Shown: piece after piece, positions 1-11,017 of the stretch
How the letters are laid out: each line of letters begins with the position of its first letter
Numbering within the stretch: the first letter of the stretch is position 1
Virus record (IMG/VR): IMGVR_UViG_3300042691_041392
Length of the DNA stretch: 64,000 nt
Source: a virus
Strand: one strand, 5' to 3'
Notes under the pieces: generated by a model
What the model saw: only the letters and a program-made list of their open reading frames with translations
The model's database searches: none
Told to the model about the DNA's origin: nothing
Position numbers and translations under genes: made by a program

Positions 1-1
1 C

Positions 2-1396
2 TTTTTAGAATATAAATATGATGGGTATGAGTTACCAGTTGATATGAATAAACACGGTAAAGGATATCCATTTCAATCTAGATTTCCATATGATAAAAAT
101 AATATCTTCGGGTTTCATTGTGTGAAGGATTTAAATGAAGTTGATAAAATTCATAATTTAATTAGTAATAGTAATTCAAATTTTGAGGAAAAACTTTTAA
201 ATTTCTATGATAATATAGAAAAATCTGATATCAATATCAATCCAAAATATGAGGATGTTAGTATTTTAAATCATTATATTGGAGGTGCTTATATTGAAGT
301 TAAGTCAAAATTGAATAAACAATTTAAAGTTGAATTCTGGAATTCAAAGGGGTTTTGTGAATATTCAACAACCATTGGTAGTAATATGTGGACAAAAACA
401 AATAAGAAGTATTTTGAAGAGTACACATGTAAAGTCTGGGATGGTGAAGAATTAATCTATGATAAAAAGTATGATGCTACGGGTAAGAGAGTTTTTATAA
501 CATTAGAATCGAGATCAATTGGCGATACATTGGCTTGGTTTCCATATGTTGATGAATTTAGAAAAAAATGGAATTGTGAGGTTATATGTTCAACTTTCTG
601 GAATCACCTATTTAAGGAAACTTATCCAGAAATTGAATTTGTTGAACCGGGATCAGTGGTGAATCACATCTATGCTATGTATAATATTGGTTGGTTTTAT
701 AATGAGGATAATACTGTACAGTTTGATAAAAATCCAACAGATTTTAAAGAAATTCCACTTGGAAAAACATCAGCTGATATACTAGGTTTGGATTTTGAAT
801 ATGTCAGAGCTAAAATTAACTTACCAAAAGTAGAAAAAAAGAAAAGAGTTGGTATAGCAATTCACTCAACTGCACAAACTAAATACTGGAATAATCCAAC
901 TGGATGGCAGGAAGTTGTTTATTTTTTGAAGGCTAGTGGATATGAAGTTATGATTCTTTCTAAAGAAGGTGATAATTATATGGGTAATAAACATCCAGAA
1001 GGATGTGTGAAATTACCAGAGGGATCAATGGAGAAACTAATGGAAACAATGTTATCTTGTGAGTTTTTTATAGGAGTTGGTTCTGGTTTGAGTTGGGTAT
1101 CTTGGACAATAGGAGTCCCAACATTCTTGATATCAGGATTTAGTAAACCAATCTCTGAATTTGAAGGTGAGAATGTATTTAGAATTTTCAATGATTCAGT
1201 TTGTAATGGTTGTTACAATAGATATAGATTAGATGCTGGTGATTGGAATTGGTGTCCGGATCATAAAGGTACTGAAAGACAGTTTGAATGTACTAAGTCA
1301 ATTACTGGTAAAATGGTTATTGACACAATAATGAATTCTGGTTTAATAAGAGTGCCAAACTTGGATGAAGATGTTTTACCACAATTTAATTTTTAA
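2..1396 (+). CDS. Glycosyltransferase, TibC/Aah (autotransporter O-heptosyltransferase)-like C-terminal domain; 5'-truncated by window edge
   Basis: Motifs SIGDTLAWFP, STAQTKYWNNPTGW, FFIGVGSGLSW, LISGFS and four Cys (CNGC...WCP...FEC) typical of the TibC/Aah GT-B family; frame is open from base 2, upstream of the ATG at 44. Confidence 0.8.
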   Translation, partial: FLEYKYDGYELPVDMNKHGKGYPFQSRFPYDKNNIFGFHCVKDLNEVDKIHNLISNSNSNFEEKLLNFYDNIEKSDININPKYEDVSILNHYIGGAYIEVKSKLNKQFKVEFWNSKGFCEYSTTIGSNMWTKTNKKYFEEYTCKVWDGEELIYDKKYDATGKRVFITLESRSIGDTLAWFPYVDEFRKKWNCEVICSTFWNHLFKETYPEIEFVEPGSVVNHIYAMYNIGWFYNEDNTVQFDKNPTDFKEIPLGKTSADILGLDFEYVRAKINLPKVEKKKRVGIAIHSTAQTKYWNNPTGWQEVVYFLKASGYEVMILSKEGDNYMGNKHPEGCVKLPEGSMEKLMETMLSCEFFIGVGSGLSWVSWTIGVPTFLISGFSKPISEFEGENVFRIFNDSVCNGCYNRYRLDAGDWNWCPDHKGTERQFECTKSITGKMVIDTIMNSGLIRVPNLDEDVLPQFNF

Positions 1397-1398
1397 AT

Positions 1399-1426
1399 AA
1401 AAAAGAGACCTTTATGGTCTCTTTTT
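1399..1426. terminator. Bidirectional intrinsic terminator
   Basis: AAAAAA-GAGACC-tttat-GGTCTC-TTTTT between convergent genes. Confidence 0.8.
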
Positions 1427-2098
1427 GTTTACTTTTACTTTTACACCAGTTTCTTTTTTAATTGGTCGTATTTTTTTATTTTCATTTAGATTAACTGTTA
1501 CCTTTTTAGATACTTTAACAATAAATTCATCTTTCCAAGGTGTGAATAAGTTACCATCAGCATTTACTTCTAGTTTTATATTACCTCTTTGTCCTTCATT
1601 AAAAAGGCTTAATTTCTTAATAGGAATGATACATTTACCGTTTTTAACCTCACCTTTAAACATAAGATTCCAATCAGCTGATTCAATTACTAATCTAACT
1701 TCTGTATCTTTTTGACTTACACCTTCAATTGCTATATCACAAATAAATTCTTCAGATTTATCTTTGTATAACACATATGAATCTTCATCATTATAACTTT
1801 CGTTATTTTCTTCCAAATCTTCCTCTTCTGAAGAATTATCAAATGAATAATCATCTTGTTCTTGTTCTTCCTCACTATTGTAGTTATTATAAGGATTTAA
1901 GCTTTGATCAATTTCATCTTCATCATCGGCGGCGTCGTTGATATTTGTAAATATTTCTTTATCTTCATCAACCTCATCATCTTCATATCTATCTGAAAAC
2001 AAACCTTCTTTTAATAGATTTGACTTCATCTTTTTAAGATCTTCCATTTTATTACCACCTAGAAAATCTTCAAATCTAAAAACATCATTATCTTCCAT
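1412..2098 (-). CDS. Hypothetical protein, acidic linker and beta-rich C-terminus; probable virion protein
   Basis: 228-aa ORF; late motif at 2103-2111; N-terminal FRFEDFL and LLKE. Confidence 0.6.
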   Translation of the reverse strand: MEDNDVFRFEDFLGGNKMEDLKKMKSNLLKEGLFSDRYEDDEVDEDKEIFTNINDAADDEDEIDQSLNPYNNYNSEEEQEQDDYSFDNSSEEEDLEENNESYNDEDSYVLYKDKSEEFICDIAIEGVSQKDTEVRLVIESADWNLMFKGEVKNGKCIIPIKKLSLFNEGQRGNIKLEVNADGNLFTPWKDEFIVKVSKKVTVNLNENKKIRPIKKETGVKVKVNKKRP

Positions 2099-2108
2099 AA
2101 TTTATATA

Positions 2109-2519
2109 TTATTTTTGAAAATCAACTTTTATATTAATTGAATCGTTTAAAAAACGATCAAACTCGTTTATTGTTACTTTTATATCTTCTCTCGGATTTT
2201 TTATTTTTTCATATTCAATACCTCTAACTCTACAATATAATTTTATTATTTTATCGGTATTTTCTCTACCTAAATCCTTATTTAGTTGCCTCCATGGATT
2301 ATTTTTTTCATATTCTCCTTTATGTGGATATCCACTTCCACCACCACTCACTCGGCGTGATACCACTTCTAATAAAATAAAAACTTCATCCCAAGTTAAT
2401 TCAACATTTTCCCATTTTAAATTTACCTCTTCCCATTTTAAATACTTTTTACCAACTGAATATTCCAAATCACTCCAGTTTACATCTTGGTTTAATAAAG
2501 GTGAGTAAATTAAAGGCAT
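2109..2519 (-). CDS. Hypothetical protein
   Basis: 136-aa ORF preceded by late motif 2538-2546. Confidence 0.6.
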   Translation of the reverse strand: MPLIYSPLLNQDVNWSDLEYSVGKKYLKWEEVNLKWENVELTWDEVFILLEVVSRRVSGGGSGYPHKGEYEKNNPWRQLNKDLGRENTDKIIKLYCRVRGIEYEKIKNPREDIKVTINEFDRFLNDSINIKVDFQK

Positions 2520-2588
2520 ATAAAATTTTATTTCTGTTATATATTAAATAATTCATGTTTGGACACATGTTACTTAATATATACTACT

Positions 2589-5500
2589 ATGAGTTATGAT
2601 TTTACTGGTGCAACCGTCTCCGGAACATATGGTAGATTGGTTCAAGTAGTACATGGTACACCGGATTTATATTATGATGGTTTTGGAAATCTTTTAGATT
2701 TAGGAAGTGGTACATCTTCTGTTGGTCCACAAGGTCCGACAGGACCACAAGGAACATCTATGTTATTCCAAGGAGAATGGGATTCGATGATGATGTATTT
2801 CTACTATGATTTTGTTACATATAATGGAAATGCTTACTTATGTATTTCTGATTTAACTGGTTCAGCTCCTTGGTCATCACCTGATATAGATACATCTCAT
2901 TGGCAACAAATGTTAATTGGTTTATCAGGAACTTCCGGAACATCAGGGATAAATGGAACATCAGGTACAAATGGAACTTCAGGTACAAATGGAACTTCAG
3001 GGACTTCTGGATCTAATGGCACTTCAGGAACATCAGGTACAAGTGTTTCTACTAATTATGCTTATATAACATCAACCTACTCGGTATCCAATACAGATCA
3101 CTATATTGAGGCTAATGGAACTTTTGATATTACTTTACCGACAGCAATAGGTTTTTCAGGGAAAGGATTCATTATAAAAAATACCGGAACTGGTATAATA
3201 ACAATAAAAACAACTTCTTCTCAGCTAATTGATAATCTATCGTCATATAATTTAGCATTCTATGATACTCTTACTGTTGAAAGTAATGGATTAAATTGGT
3301 TAGTTAATCACCCACAAACTAAACAATTTATCCGAGTTTATAATAATACTGGTTCAATTATACCTAAGGGATCTGCTCTTAAAATACAGTCATCATATAG
3401 TGGTATTCCCAGTGTCTCTTTGTCAATTGCTAATGGTGTTGGAAATCAACAAGTAATTGGTCTGGCTTATATTGATATTCCAATTGCGTCTGAGGGTATT
3501 GCCATATCATCTGGTATCTTATCGGGACTTGATTTATCAGCTTATTCGATTGGTGATATTCTTTATTTATCTGATACAACACCAGGTAGTTTTATAAACT
3601 CATCAAGTACATTAGATTTTTCATCAAGAACTAACCAAATTGGTTATATTACAAATAATAGTTCAACAATTGGAACTCTACAAGTTGAAATTAATAATGA
3701 GGATATCAATTTATCTCTTACTGATATACAGAGAAATATATTAGAAGGTAATGTCATATCAACAGGTGTTTATAATTATTCGGGACTTGTTAAAACTAGT
3801 AGTACAACATTTACAGTGGGTAGTGCTTCTGGTTGGATTATAACTAATACAGGTACATATTCTATTAAACCAACAGTTTTACAAATTACTTATGGTGGAA
3901 CTACAAGTATAACAACACCTTACTTAAACACATTTGATAGTACTTATGTTTTATTAACAGCTAGTTCTTCATTACATTTACAAGGTACATTTCCAACAGC
4001 ACAAGAAAGAAGACAAAATATCTTCTTAGGTAAAGTTGTACACCCTGATAGACAAACCATTTTAAATGTAAATAATACTGTTGATTATGATGTATCACCA
4101 ATGTCCGCATTGAGAGATTTATGGTCACCAATCAAATTAATAAATCAAGGAATTATACCATCCGCTCATAGTACAACTTTAGAGTTTAATACATCAACTG
4201 GTATTCTTTGGGGTAATGGTATAAATTGGACTAATAATGAATTAAATCCAAATAGTATTAATATTAGTGGTCAATCTCCGGTAACTTTTCAATATAGAAC
4301 TCAAATAGGTGGTACATTTTCTAATACAACATTTATAGATCCTACTCATTATGATAATGGTGGTGTTATTAGTGTAGTAGGTGGTGGTAATGGTTCGTCA
4401 ACAAATCAAAGAATATATTTATTCCCAACTGGATTGGTAAGAGTTCAATATGGTCAAACAGTATATGGATCTTTATCTGAAGCGATTTCAGCAGCACAAG
4501 AAGAATTATATGTTGAGTATCCAAATAATAGAGATAATGGTATTCTTATAGGTATTTTATCTGTTAATAAAAATGCTTCAAACTTATCAGATCCCACACA
4601 GGCAAGATTTAATTTTGTTTCTAAGTTTGGTGAGATCTTAGGTGGATCTGGTGGTATATCAACAACTACATTACAACAAGCTTATGATAACTCATCTACA
4701 CCAGAAATAGTAACTAACTCTACTTTAGGAGCTGTTACAATCAAAAGAGGAAGTTCATTAGAAACCGATAATGTATTTGAAGTTCAAAGTGGTGTTGATG
4801 GTGTTACATTTAGTGTAACTGGTCAAGGTAGAACAAATACACATAACTTAACGATAACAGGAATTGGATCAACATCAAGTTTAACTAAATATATGGTTGT
4901 TGATGATAGTGGAAATACATATTATCAAACAACTAATCCAGGTGGTGGTAGTGGTACTTCAGGAACTTCGGGGGTGGGTACTTCAGGAACATCCGGTACA
5001 TCAGGTTTGAATGGAACAAGTGGTGTAAATGGTGTTGGTGGTGCACTAGGTTATTATGGTAACTTTCTTGATCTTACGACTCAGCCATTTATTACTCCTG
5101 GTGTTGCTCAAATAGTGGGTATTAACACTAATTCAGGATCAGTTGGATTTTCCTTATCAGGTACAGGTAGTGTGGTGATTGAAAATCCAGGAACATACAC
5201 TATGATATATTCTATCCAACTACAAAATACAGATGCTGATATCCACTATGCTGATATATGGTTAAAATATAATGGATTAGATTATCCAGATAGCACAACT
5301 AGATTTTATATACCGGCTAGAAAAAATTCAAATGAGTATGGTTATACAGTAGCAACTGTAAATTATGTTGGAACTTCAATAAACCCAAATGATACTGTCG
5401 AATTGTGGTGGCATTCTGATAGTAGTTTAGTATCAATTCAATATTTACCATCAAGTATATCACCTATAATTCCTGCTATACCTAGTGTGATTTCTACATT

Positions 5501-6140
5501 TACTCAGGTTATGTACACACAGATAGGACCAACTGGATCTAATGGAACATCTGGTACGAGTGGGAGTCAAGGCACTTCTGGAACTTCTGGAATAAATGGA
5601 AATGATGGAACATCTGGTACTTCCGGAATTTCTGGATTAAATGGAAATGATGGAACATCTGGTACAAGTGGGAGTCAAGGTACTTCCGGAACTTCTGGTG
5701 TTAATGGTGTTGATGGTACTTCCGGAATTTCTGGATTAAATGGAAATGATGGAACATCTGGTACGAGTGGAAATCAAGGAACATCCGGAACAAGCGGTTC
5801 ATCAGGAACTTCTGGTTCATCAGGTACATCCGGATCATTCGGAACTTCTGGTTCATCAGGTACATCCGGATCATTCGGAACTTCTGGTTCATCAGGTACA
5901 TCCGGATCATCAGGAACTTCTGGTTTATTACTATTGAGTGGTTCAACTGACAATGGACTAATAACTTTAAATGGAACTATACCAAATGGCACGGTTGAAA
6001 ATAATCTAACATTTGATGGTACAAATTTAAATGTAACTGGTAATACTGAAATAAGCGGAACATTTAGTAGTAATTCAAATTCAATTTTAACTCAAAATTT
6101 AATACAAGCTGGACTATTATATCTATCAAATAATTTATAA
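2589..6140 (+). CDS. Collagen-like (Gly-Thr-Ser repeat) fibre protein 1
   Basis: G-X-Y blocks of GTS/GSS/GxN separated by globular beta-rich domains (one CBM5/12-like GEW...VTYNG...W); ATG at 2589 just after TAATATATA 2575-2583 preferred over TTG 2559. Confidence 0.75.
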   Translation: MSYDFTGATVSGTYGRLVQVVHGTPDLYYDGFGNLLDLGSGTSSVGPQGPTGPQGTSMLFQGEWDSMMMYFYYDFVTYNGNAYLCISDLTGSAPWSSPDIDTSHWQQMLIGLSGTSGTSGINGTSGTNGTSGTNGTSGTSGSNGTSGTSGTSVSTNYAYITSTYSVSNTDHYIEANGTFDITLPTAIGFSGKGFIIKNTGTGIITIKTTSSQLIDNLSSYNLAFYDTLTVESNGLNWLVNHPQTKQFIRVYNNTGSIIPKGSALKIQSSYSGIPSVSLSIANGVGNQQVIGLAYIDIPIASEGIAISSGILSGLDLSAYSIGDILYLSDTTPGSFINSSSTLDFSSRTNQIGYITNNSSTIGTLQVEINNEDINLSLTDIQRNILEGNVISTGVYNYSGLVKTSSTTFTVGSASGWIITNTGTYSIKPTVLQITYGGTTSITTPYLNTFDSTYVLLTASSSLHLQGTFPTAQERRQNIFLGKVVHPDRQTILNVNNTVDYDVSPMSALRDLWSPIKLINQGIIPSAHSTTLEFNTSTGILWGNGINWTNNELNPNSINISGQSPVTFQYRTQIGGTFSNTTFIDPTHYDNGGVISVVGGGNGSSTNQRIYLFPTGLVRVQYGQTVYGSLSEAISAAQEELYVEYPNNRDNGILIGILSVNKNASNLSDPTQARFNFVSKFGEILGGSGGISTTTLQQAYDNSSTPEIVTNSTLGAVTIKRGSSLETDNVFEVQSGVDGVTFSVTGQGRTNTHNLTITGIGSTSSLTKYMVVDDSGNTYYQTTNPGGGSGTSGTSGVGTSGTSGTSGLNGTSGVNGVGGALGYYGNFLDLTTQPFITPGVAQIVGINTNSGSVGFSLSGTGSVVIENPGTYTMIYSIQLQNTDADIHYADIWLKYNGLDYPDSTTRFYIPARKNSNEYGYTVATVNYVGTSINPNDTVELWWHSDSSLVSIQYLPSSISPIIPAIPSVISTFTQVMYTQIGPTGSNGTSGTSGSQGTSGTSGINGNDGTSGTSGISGLNGNDGTSGTSGSQGTSGTSGVNGVDGTSGISGLNGNDGTSGTSGNQGTSGTSGSSGTSGSSGTSGSFGTSGSSGTSGSFGTSGSSGTSGSSGTSGLLLLSGSTDNGLITLNGTIPNGTVENNLTFDGTNLNVTGNTEISGTFSSNSNSILTQNLIQAGLLYLSNNL

Positions 6141-6183
6141 GAATAATATAAAAATTAATATATAAGAAAAATATATTATAGTT

Positions 6184-9100
6184 TTGGCAAGAAATCCTAG
6201 ATATCAAATACATAATTTAGATACAGATGGTTATGGTAAGTTGGTTCAAATTATTGATGGTATTCTTTATGATGGTTTTGGAAATCAATTAATTTTTCAA
6301 GGTGGTGGTGGAACAGGAACCTCAGGGACATCAGGTGTTAATGGTAATAATGGTTTAAATGGATCTTCTGGTTATGGAGTACCATCTGGTGGTTCTACCG
6401 GTCAAGTTCTTGTTAAAGTTGATTCAACAAACTATAATACACAATGGGTAACATTTTCTGGTGGTGGTAGCACATCCGGATCATCGGGAACAAGTGGTCC
6501 ATCTGGAGCTAGTGGTGCTAATGGATCTAATGGTACATCAGGAACCCGTGGATCTTCAGGAACTTCCGGTCCAGCAGGAGAAAATGGAACAAGCGGAACT
6601 TCTGGTATTGGATCTAATGGTACATCAGGAACATCGGCGATTGGTACATCTGGAACAAGTGGTGAAAAAGGAACTTCAGGAACAAGTGGTGAAAAGGGAA
6701 CATCCGGAACTAGCGGTGGTGGTTCTGCTGGAACGAGTGGAACATCTGGTATTGGATCTAATGGTACATCAGGAACATCAGCGATTGGTACATCAGGCAC
6801 GAGTGGTTTAAATGGATCTTCAGGAACAAGTGGCGAGAATGGAACATCAGGCACGAGTGGTACATCTGGTATTGGATCTAATGGTACATCAGGAACATCG
6901 GCGATTGGTACATCAGGAACAAGTGGTGAGAACGGAACTTCCGGAATAAATGGATCTAACGGGACAGCTGGAACTTCTGGAATAAATGGCGTTAATGGTA
7001 CATCTGGAACTTCCGGTGTAAATGGTTCATCAGGAACTTCCGGAATAAATGGCGTTAATGGTACATCTGGGACTTCCGGTGTAAATGGTTCATCAGGAAC
7101 TTCTGGATCTTCTGGAACTTCCGGAATAAATGGATCTAACGGGACATCTGGAACTTCCGGAATAAATGGCGTTAATGGTTCATCAGGAACTTCGGGTTTT
7201 AATGGCTCATCAGGGACATCAGGAACAAGTGGAGAAAATGGAACTTCGGGTTCATCAGGAACTTCGGGTTTTAATGGCTCATCAGGTACATCAGGTAGTC
7301 AAGGTACATCAGGTAGCGCAGGAACTTCTGGAATAAATGGTGGTGACGGATCTTCTGGAACATCCGGATCTTCTGGAACTAGTGGAATTACAGGAACAAG
7401 CGGTAGTGCAGGAACTTCCGGAACAAGTGCAACTAGTGGAAGCTCAGGAACATCAGGTAGTCAAGGAACAAGTGGAACATCTGGTATCGGATCTAATGGT
7501 ACATCCGGCACAAGTGGAACATCAATGAGTGTATCCGGATCTAATAATGAACTTTTGACATCAGATGGTTCTGGTGGTATTGTTTCAGAATCTTTGATAA
7601 CTTTTGATGGTGCTAAATTAAGTTTATTATATCAATCTGGTGATGAAGGAGGTGAAATATTATTAAATAAATCAGTTACTAATAATACACTTGATGGTGT
7701 GGGTATAACAATAGACTCTTATCGAAATAAAATAAGGTTTTTTGAACAAGGTGGTTCAGCAAGAGGAGCATATATTGATTTGACGGAGTGTTCTGCTGGT
7801 GTTGGAACAAATCTACTTAGTGGAGTTGGTGGATCCGGTACAAGTGGAACATCAGGTGTTAATGGTTCATCTGGAACTTCCGGTGTTAATGGCGCTAATG
7901 GTTCATCAGGAACTTCCGGCGTAAGTGGTGCTAACGGCTCATCTGGAACTTCCGGTGTAAGTGGTGCTAATGGTAATGATGGATCTTCTGGAACTTCCGG
8001 TGTTAATGGTGTTAACGGTTCATCTGGAACTTCCGGTGTAAGTGGTGCTAACGGCTCATCCGGAACTTCCGGTGTAAGTGGTGCTAACGGCTCATCTGGA
8101 ACTTCTGGTGTAAGTGGTGCTAACGGATCTTCTGGAACTTCCGGTGTAAATGGTGCTAACGGAAATGATGGATCTTCTGGGACTTCTGGTGTAAGTGGTG
8201 CTAACGGATCTTCTGGAACTTCAGGTGTTAATGGCTCATCAGGAACAAGTGGTGTATCTGGTTCAAATGGTATAGATTCTGCAAGTTTTGAATATTATTA
8301 TAGTACATCCACAACAGGATCAGATCCTGGTTCAGGCTATTTTAGGTTAAATAACCTAACTATGGGTAGCGCTACTCTACTATATATAGACCAGTTTGAT
8401 AAAGGAGGTAATAACAATTTACAAGGTTTCTTAAATTCTTTATCTAACTATGGATCTACATCTAGAAGAGGTTTTATTAAGATAACAAAACAAAATGACT
8501 TAACTTGGTTTCAAACATATGAATTTAGCACTACACAAGATAATACAGGGTGGTGGACAATAACACTGTCTAATGTTATATCAGATGCAAACTTTACAAA
8601 TAATGACTTATGCTTTGTAAGTTTCAATGTTTCTGGTCCAAATGGATCGAGTGGAACTTCAGGTATAAATGGTGCTAACGGATCTTCCGGAACTTCTGGT
8701 GTAAATGGTGCTAACGGATCTTCCGGAACTTCCGGTGTAAATGGTGCTAACGGATCTTCCGGAACTTCTGGTGTTAATGGTGCTAACGGATCTTCTGGAA
8801 CATCCGGTGTTAATGGTGGTAATGGTTCATCTGGAACATCCGGTGTTAATGGTGTTAATGGTGCTAACGGCTCATCTGGAACTTCAGGTGTAAGTGGTGC
8901 TAACGGTAACGATGGATCTTCTGGAACTTTTGGTTCATCTGGAACTTCCGGTGTAAGTGGTGCTAACGGTAATGATGGTTCATCTGGAACTTCCGGTGTT
9001 AATGGAACATCCGGAACAACAGGAACTTCTGGTTTACTAACATTAACTGGAACAACAGATAATGGAGTAATAACTCTAAATGGATCTCAGCCAAATGGAA

Positions 9101-9252
9101 ATGTTGAAACAAATTTAACATTTGATGGTAGTCAATTAAATGTAACAGGATCTACTAGAATAAGTGGAACATTCTCAGGAACAACTTCTAATTATGTCAC
9201 TGCTGATTTTATAACACAAACAGTTTTACTTTATCTTTCAAATAATACTTAA
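6184..9252 (+). CDS. Collagen-like (Gly-Thr-Ser repeat) fibre protein 2
   Basis: Long G-X-Y tracts; shares N-terminal YGxLVQ...YDGFGN and C-terminal TDNG.ITLNG..PNG.VE.NLTFDG...LLYLSNN with fibre 1; TTG start. Confidence 0.75.
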   Translation: MARNPRYQIHNLDTDGYGKLVQIIDGILYDGFGNQLIFQGGGGTGTSGTSGVNGNNGLNGSSGYGVPSGGSTGQVLVKVDSTNYNTQWVTFSGGGSTSGSSGTSGPSGASGANGSNGTSGTRGSSGTSGPAGENGTSGTSGIGSNGTSGTSAIGTSGTSGEKGTSGTSGEKGTSGTSGGGSAGTSGTSGIGSNGTSGTSAIGTSGTSGLNGSSGTSGENGTSGTSGTSGIGSNGTSGTSAIGTSGTSGENGTSGINGSNGTAGTSGINGVNGTSGTSGVNGSSGTSGINGVNGTSGTSGVNGSSGTSGSSGTSGINGSNGTSGTSGINGVNGSSGTSGFNGSSGTSGTSGENGTSGSSGTSGFNGSSGTSGSQGTSGSAGTSGINGGDGSSGTSGSSGTSGITGTSGSAGTSGTSATSGSSGTSGSQGTSGTSGIGSNGTSGTSGTSMSVSGSNNELLTSDGSGGIVSESLITFDGAKLSLLYQSGDEGGEILLNKSVTNNTLDGVGITIDSYRNKIRFFEQGGSARGAYIDLTECSAGVGTNLLSGVGGSGTSGTSGVNGSSGTSGVNGANGSSGTSGVSGANGSSGTSGVSGANGNDGSSGTSGVNGVNGSSGTSGVSGANGSSGTSGVSGANGSSGTSGVSGANGSSGTSGVNGANGNDGSSGTSGVSGANGSSGTSGVNGSSGTSGVSGSNGIDSASFEYYYSTSTTGSDPGSGYFRLNNLTMGSATLLYIDQFDKGGNNNLQGFLNSLSNYGSTSRRGFIKITKQNDLTWFQTYEFSTTQDNTGWWTITLSNVISDANFTNNDLCFVSFNVSGPNGSSGTSGINGANGSSGTSGVNGANGSSGTSGVNGANGSSGTSGVNGANGSSGTSGVNGGNGSSGTSGVNGVNGANGSSGTSGVSGANGNDGSSGTFGSSGTSGVSGANGNDGSSGTSGVNGTSGTTGTSGLLTLTGTTDNGVITLNGSQPNGNVETNLTFDGSQLNVTGSTRISGTFSGTTSNYVTADFITQTVLLYLSNNT
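6301..7525 (+). repeat. Coding tandem repeat (GTS/GSS/GxN triplets)
   Basis: Degenerate 9-bp unit repeats such as ggaacttct/ggtacatca; further tracts at about 2926-3042, 5530-5925, 7830-8270 and 8640-9035. Confidence 0.9.
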
Positions 9253-9297
9253 TAGAGAAGAGTATTTAAAATATATACTCTAAAAAAGTATATAAAA

Positions 9298-9732
9298 ATG
9301 GCAAATACTTTAACATTTACAAGTACACCTTTTCTACAAGGATTTATAGCATCAACTGCTAGTAACTCATCAAATAACACTAAATATGATGTTTTAGATT
9401 CGGATGCTAATGATAGAAGAATATATGGAATGGCTATAACATCAACTGATGCAGGTGCACAAACCGTTAAAATTCACTTGAATAATGGATCGACATCATA
9501 TCAAGCTTTTACATTAAACGTTCCTTTGAATTCTGGTAACTCTACTTCTGTCGCATCAGTTGATATTATGGGTAGTGTATATGGAGCTTCAATTTTTCAA
9601 AAACAAAGAGATGCTAATGGCGTTCCATATTTTAATCTACCAGCTAACTGGAAAGTTCAAATGGAATACAACACGACATTGGCGAGTGCTGAGGTTTTAA
9701 ATGTTTTTGTTTTTGGTGAAAGTTACGCATAA
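9298..9732 (+). CDS. Virion-associated protein, paralog domain copy 1
   Basis: RRIYG...NSGNST...DANGVPYFNLPANW...GESY shared with the next two ORFs. Confidence 0.65.
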   Translation: MANTLTFTSTPFLQGFIASTASNSSNNTKYDVLDSDANDRRIYGMAITSTDAGAQTVKIHLNNGSTSYQAFTLNVPLNSGNSTSVASVDIMGSVYGASIFQKQRDANGVPYFNLPANWKVQMEYNTTLASAEVLNVFVFGESYA

Positions 9733-10157
9733 TGGGAAATAAATTAACATACACATCTAGTAGTTTTATGGAATGTACAGTAGCGACAGCTTCTAGAACA
9801 GGAGGTACTATTTATGATATTTTGGGAGCAACTTCTTCAAATAGAAGAGTATATGGGATAAGTGTTGTCAATGCTGATAATGCAGCTAACCCGGTAAAAG
9901 TCTATTTAAACGATGGGATTAATAGATACCAAGTTAGTAATGTCAACTTAGCTGCCAACTCTGGTAATAGTACATCTGTTGGATTAACTAATGTCTTTAT
10001 TAGTACAATGGGTGAATCTGTTTTTTGTAAAACAAGAGATGCTAATGGTATACCATATTTTAATTTACCTGCAAATTGGAAGATACAATTGTCATTGACA
10101 AATACACCAGGTGCTGGTGAGTACGTACATACTTTTGTTTATGGAGAAAATTATTAA
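9732..10157 (+). CDS. Virion-associated protein, paralog domain copy 2
   Basis: RRVYG...NSGNST...DANGIPYFNLPANW...GENY; TAATG stop-start overlap. Confidence 0.65.
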   Translation: MGNKLTYTSSSFMECTVATASRTGGTIYDILGATSSNRRVYGISVVNADNAANPVKVYLNDGINRYQVSNVNLAANSGNSTSVGLTNVFISTMGESVFCKTRDANGIPYFNLPANWKIQLSLTNTPGAGEYVHTFVYGENY

Positions 10158-10162
10158 TTACT

Positions 10163-11017
10163 ATGGCTGATTCATTATTATTATCAAATTCAATGTACTT
10201 AGAATGTATATCATTAACAGCGTCAAGTTCATCTGGTACTGCCTATGCAATAATAACAGCTACTTCAAGTTATGATAGAAGAATTTATGGAATTAGTATA
10301 GCAAATACATCAGCGGTTAACCACTTAACTTGTACACTTTGGTTAAGTGATGGAACCACAAATTATCAAATGGGTAAATTAGATGTTCCGGCTAACTCAG
10401 GTAACACATCAACAATCTCAGCAGTTGATTTATTTACTAAATCGGTTTTTGGTGGTTTATTAACAAATTCTATGGCTGATAATATGGGGGTTTGGTATTT
10501 TAATTTACCAAAAACTTGGAGTATGAAGTTTACTTATACGAATACTTTATCAACTGGTAATGAGATGACATTTACATCATTTGGAGAAATATATGATAGT
10601 TATAATATAAGACATACATCAAGTGGATTTGAACAGTCCGCAACATTTTCAAGTGCAACTGGTACAAATACAATTGACTTGTTGAGTTCATCAATATATG
10701 ATAGAAGAATTTATGGACTTAGTTCTACTAGTACAGATGGTACCGCAAGAACAATGACTATTAAATTAAGTAATGGTGTAAATAGTTACTTGTTATATAC
10801 CGAATCTATATTAGCAAACTCTGGTAATGCGACTACCATAGCATCAGGTGATATATTTTATGATGCTTTGATACAGGGTTTATTTACAAGAACTGCTGAC
10901 TCGGAGGGTGCTTGTTATTATTTTAATTTACCGGCTGGTTGGAGTATAACTGGTAAATTATCAGGTTCAACTACTGGTGTTATAACAATAAAAACGATTG
11001 GAGAAGTTTATGGGTAG
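10163..11017 (+). CDS. Virion-associated protein, tandem duplication of the same domain (copies 3 and 4)
   Basis: Two RRIYG...NSGN...YFNLP..W...GE.Y units. Confidence 0.65.
   Translation: MADSLLLSNSMYLECISLTASSSSGTAYAIITATSSYDRRIYGISIANTSAVNHLTCTLWLSDGTTNYQMGKLDVPANSGNTSTISAVDLFTKSVFGGLLTNSMADNMGVWYFNLPKTWSMKFTYTNTLSTGNEMTFTSFGEIYDSYNIRHTSSGFEQSATFSSATGTNTIDLLSSSIYDRRIYGLSSTSTDGTARTMTIKLSNGVNSYLLYTESILANSGNATTIASGDIFYDALIQGLFTRTADSEGACYYFNLPAGWSITGKLSGSTTGVITIKTIGEVYG

Noticed and set aside
5701-7528. Alternative-frame and antisense ORFs inside the fibre genes
   Set aside because: Shadows of the GTS repeats; low complexity and fully nested
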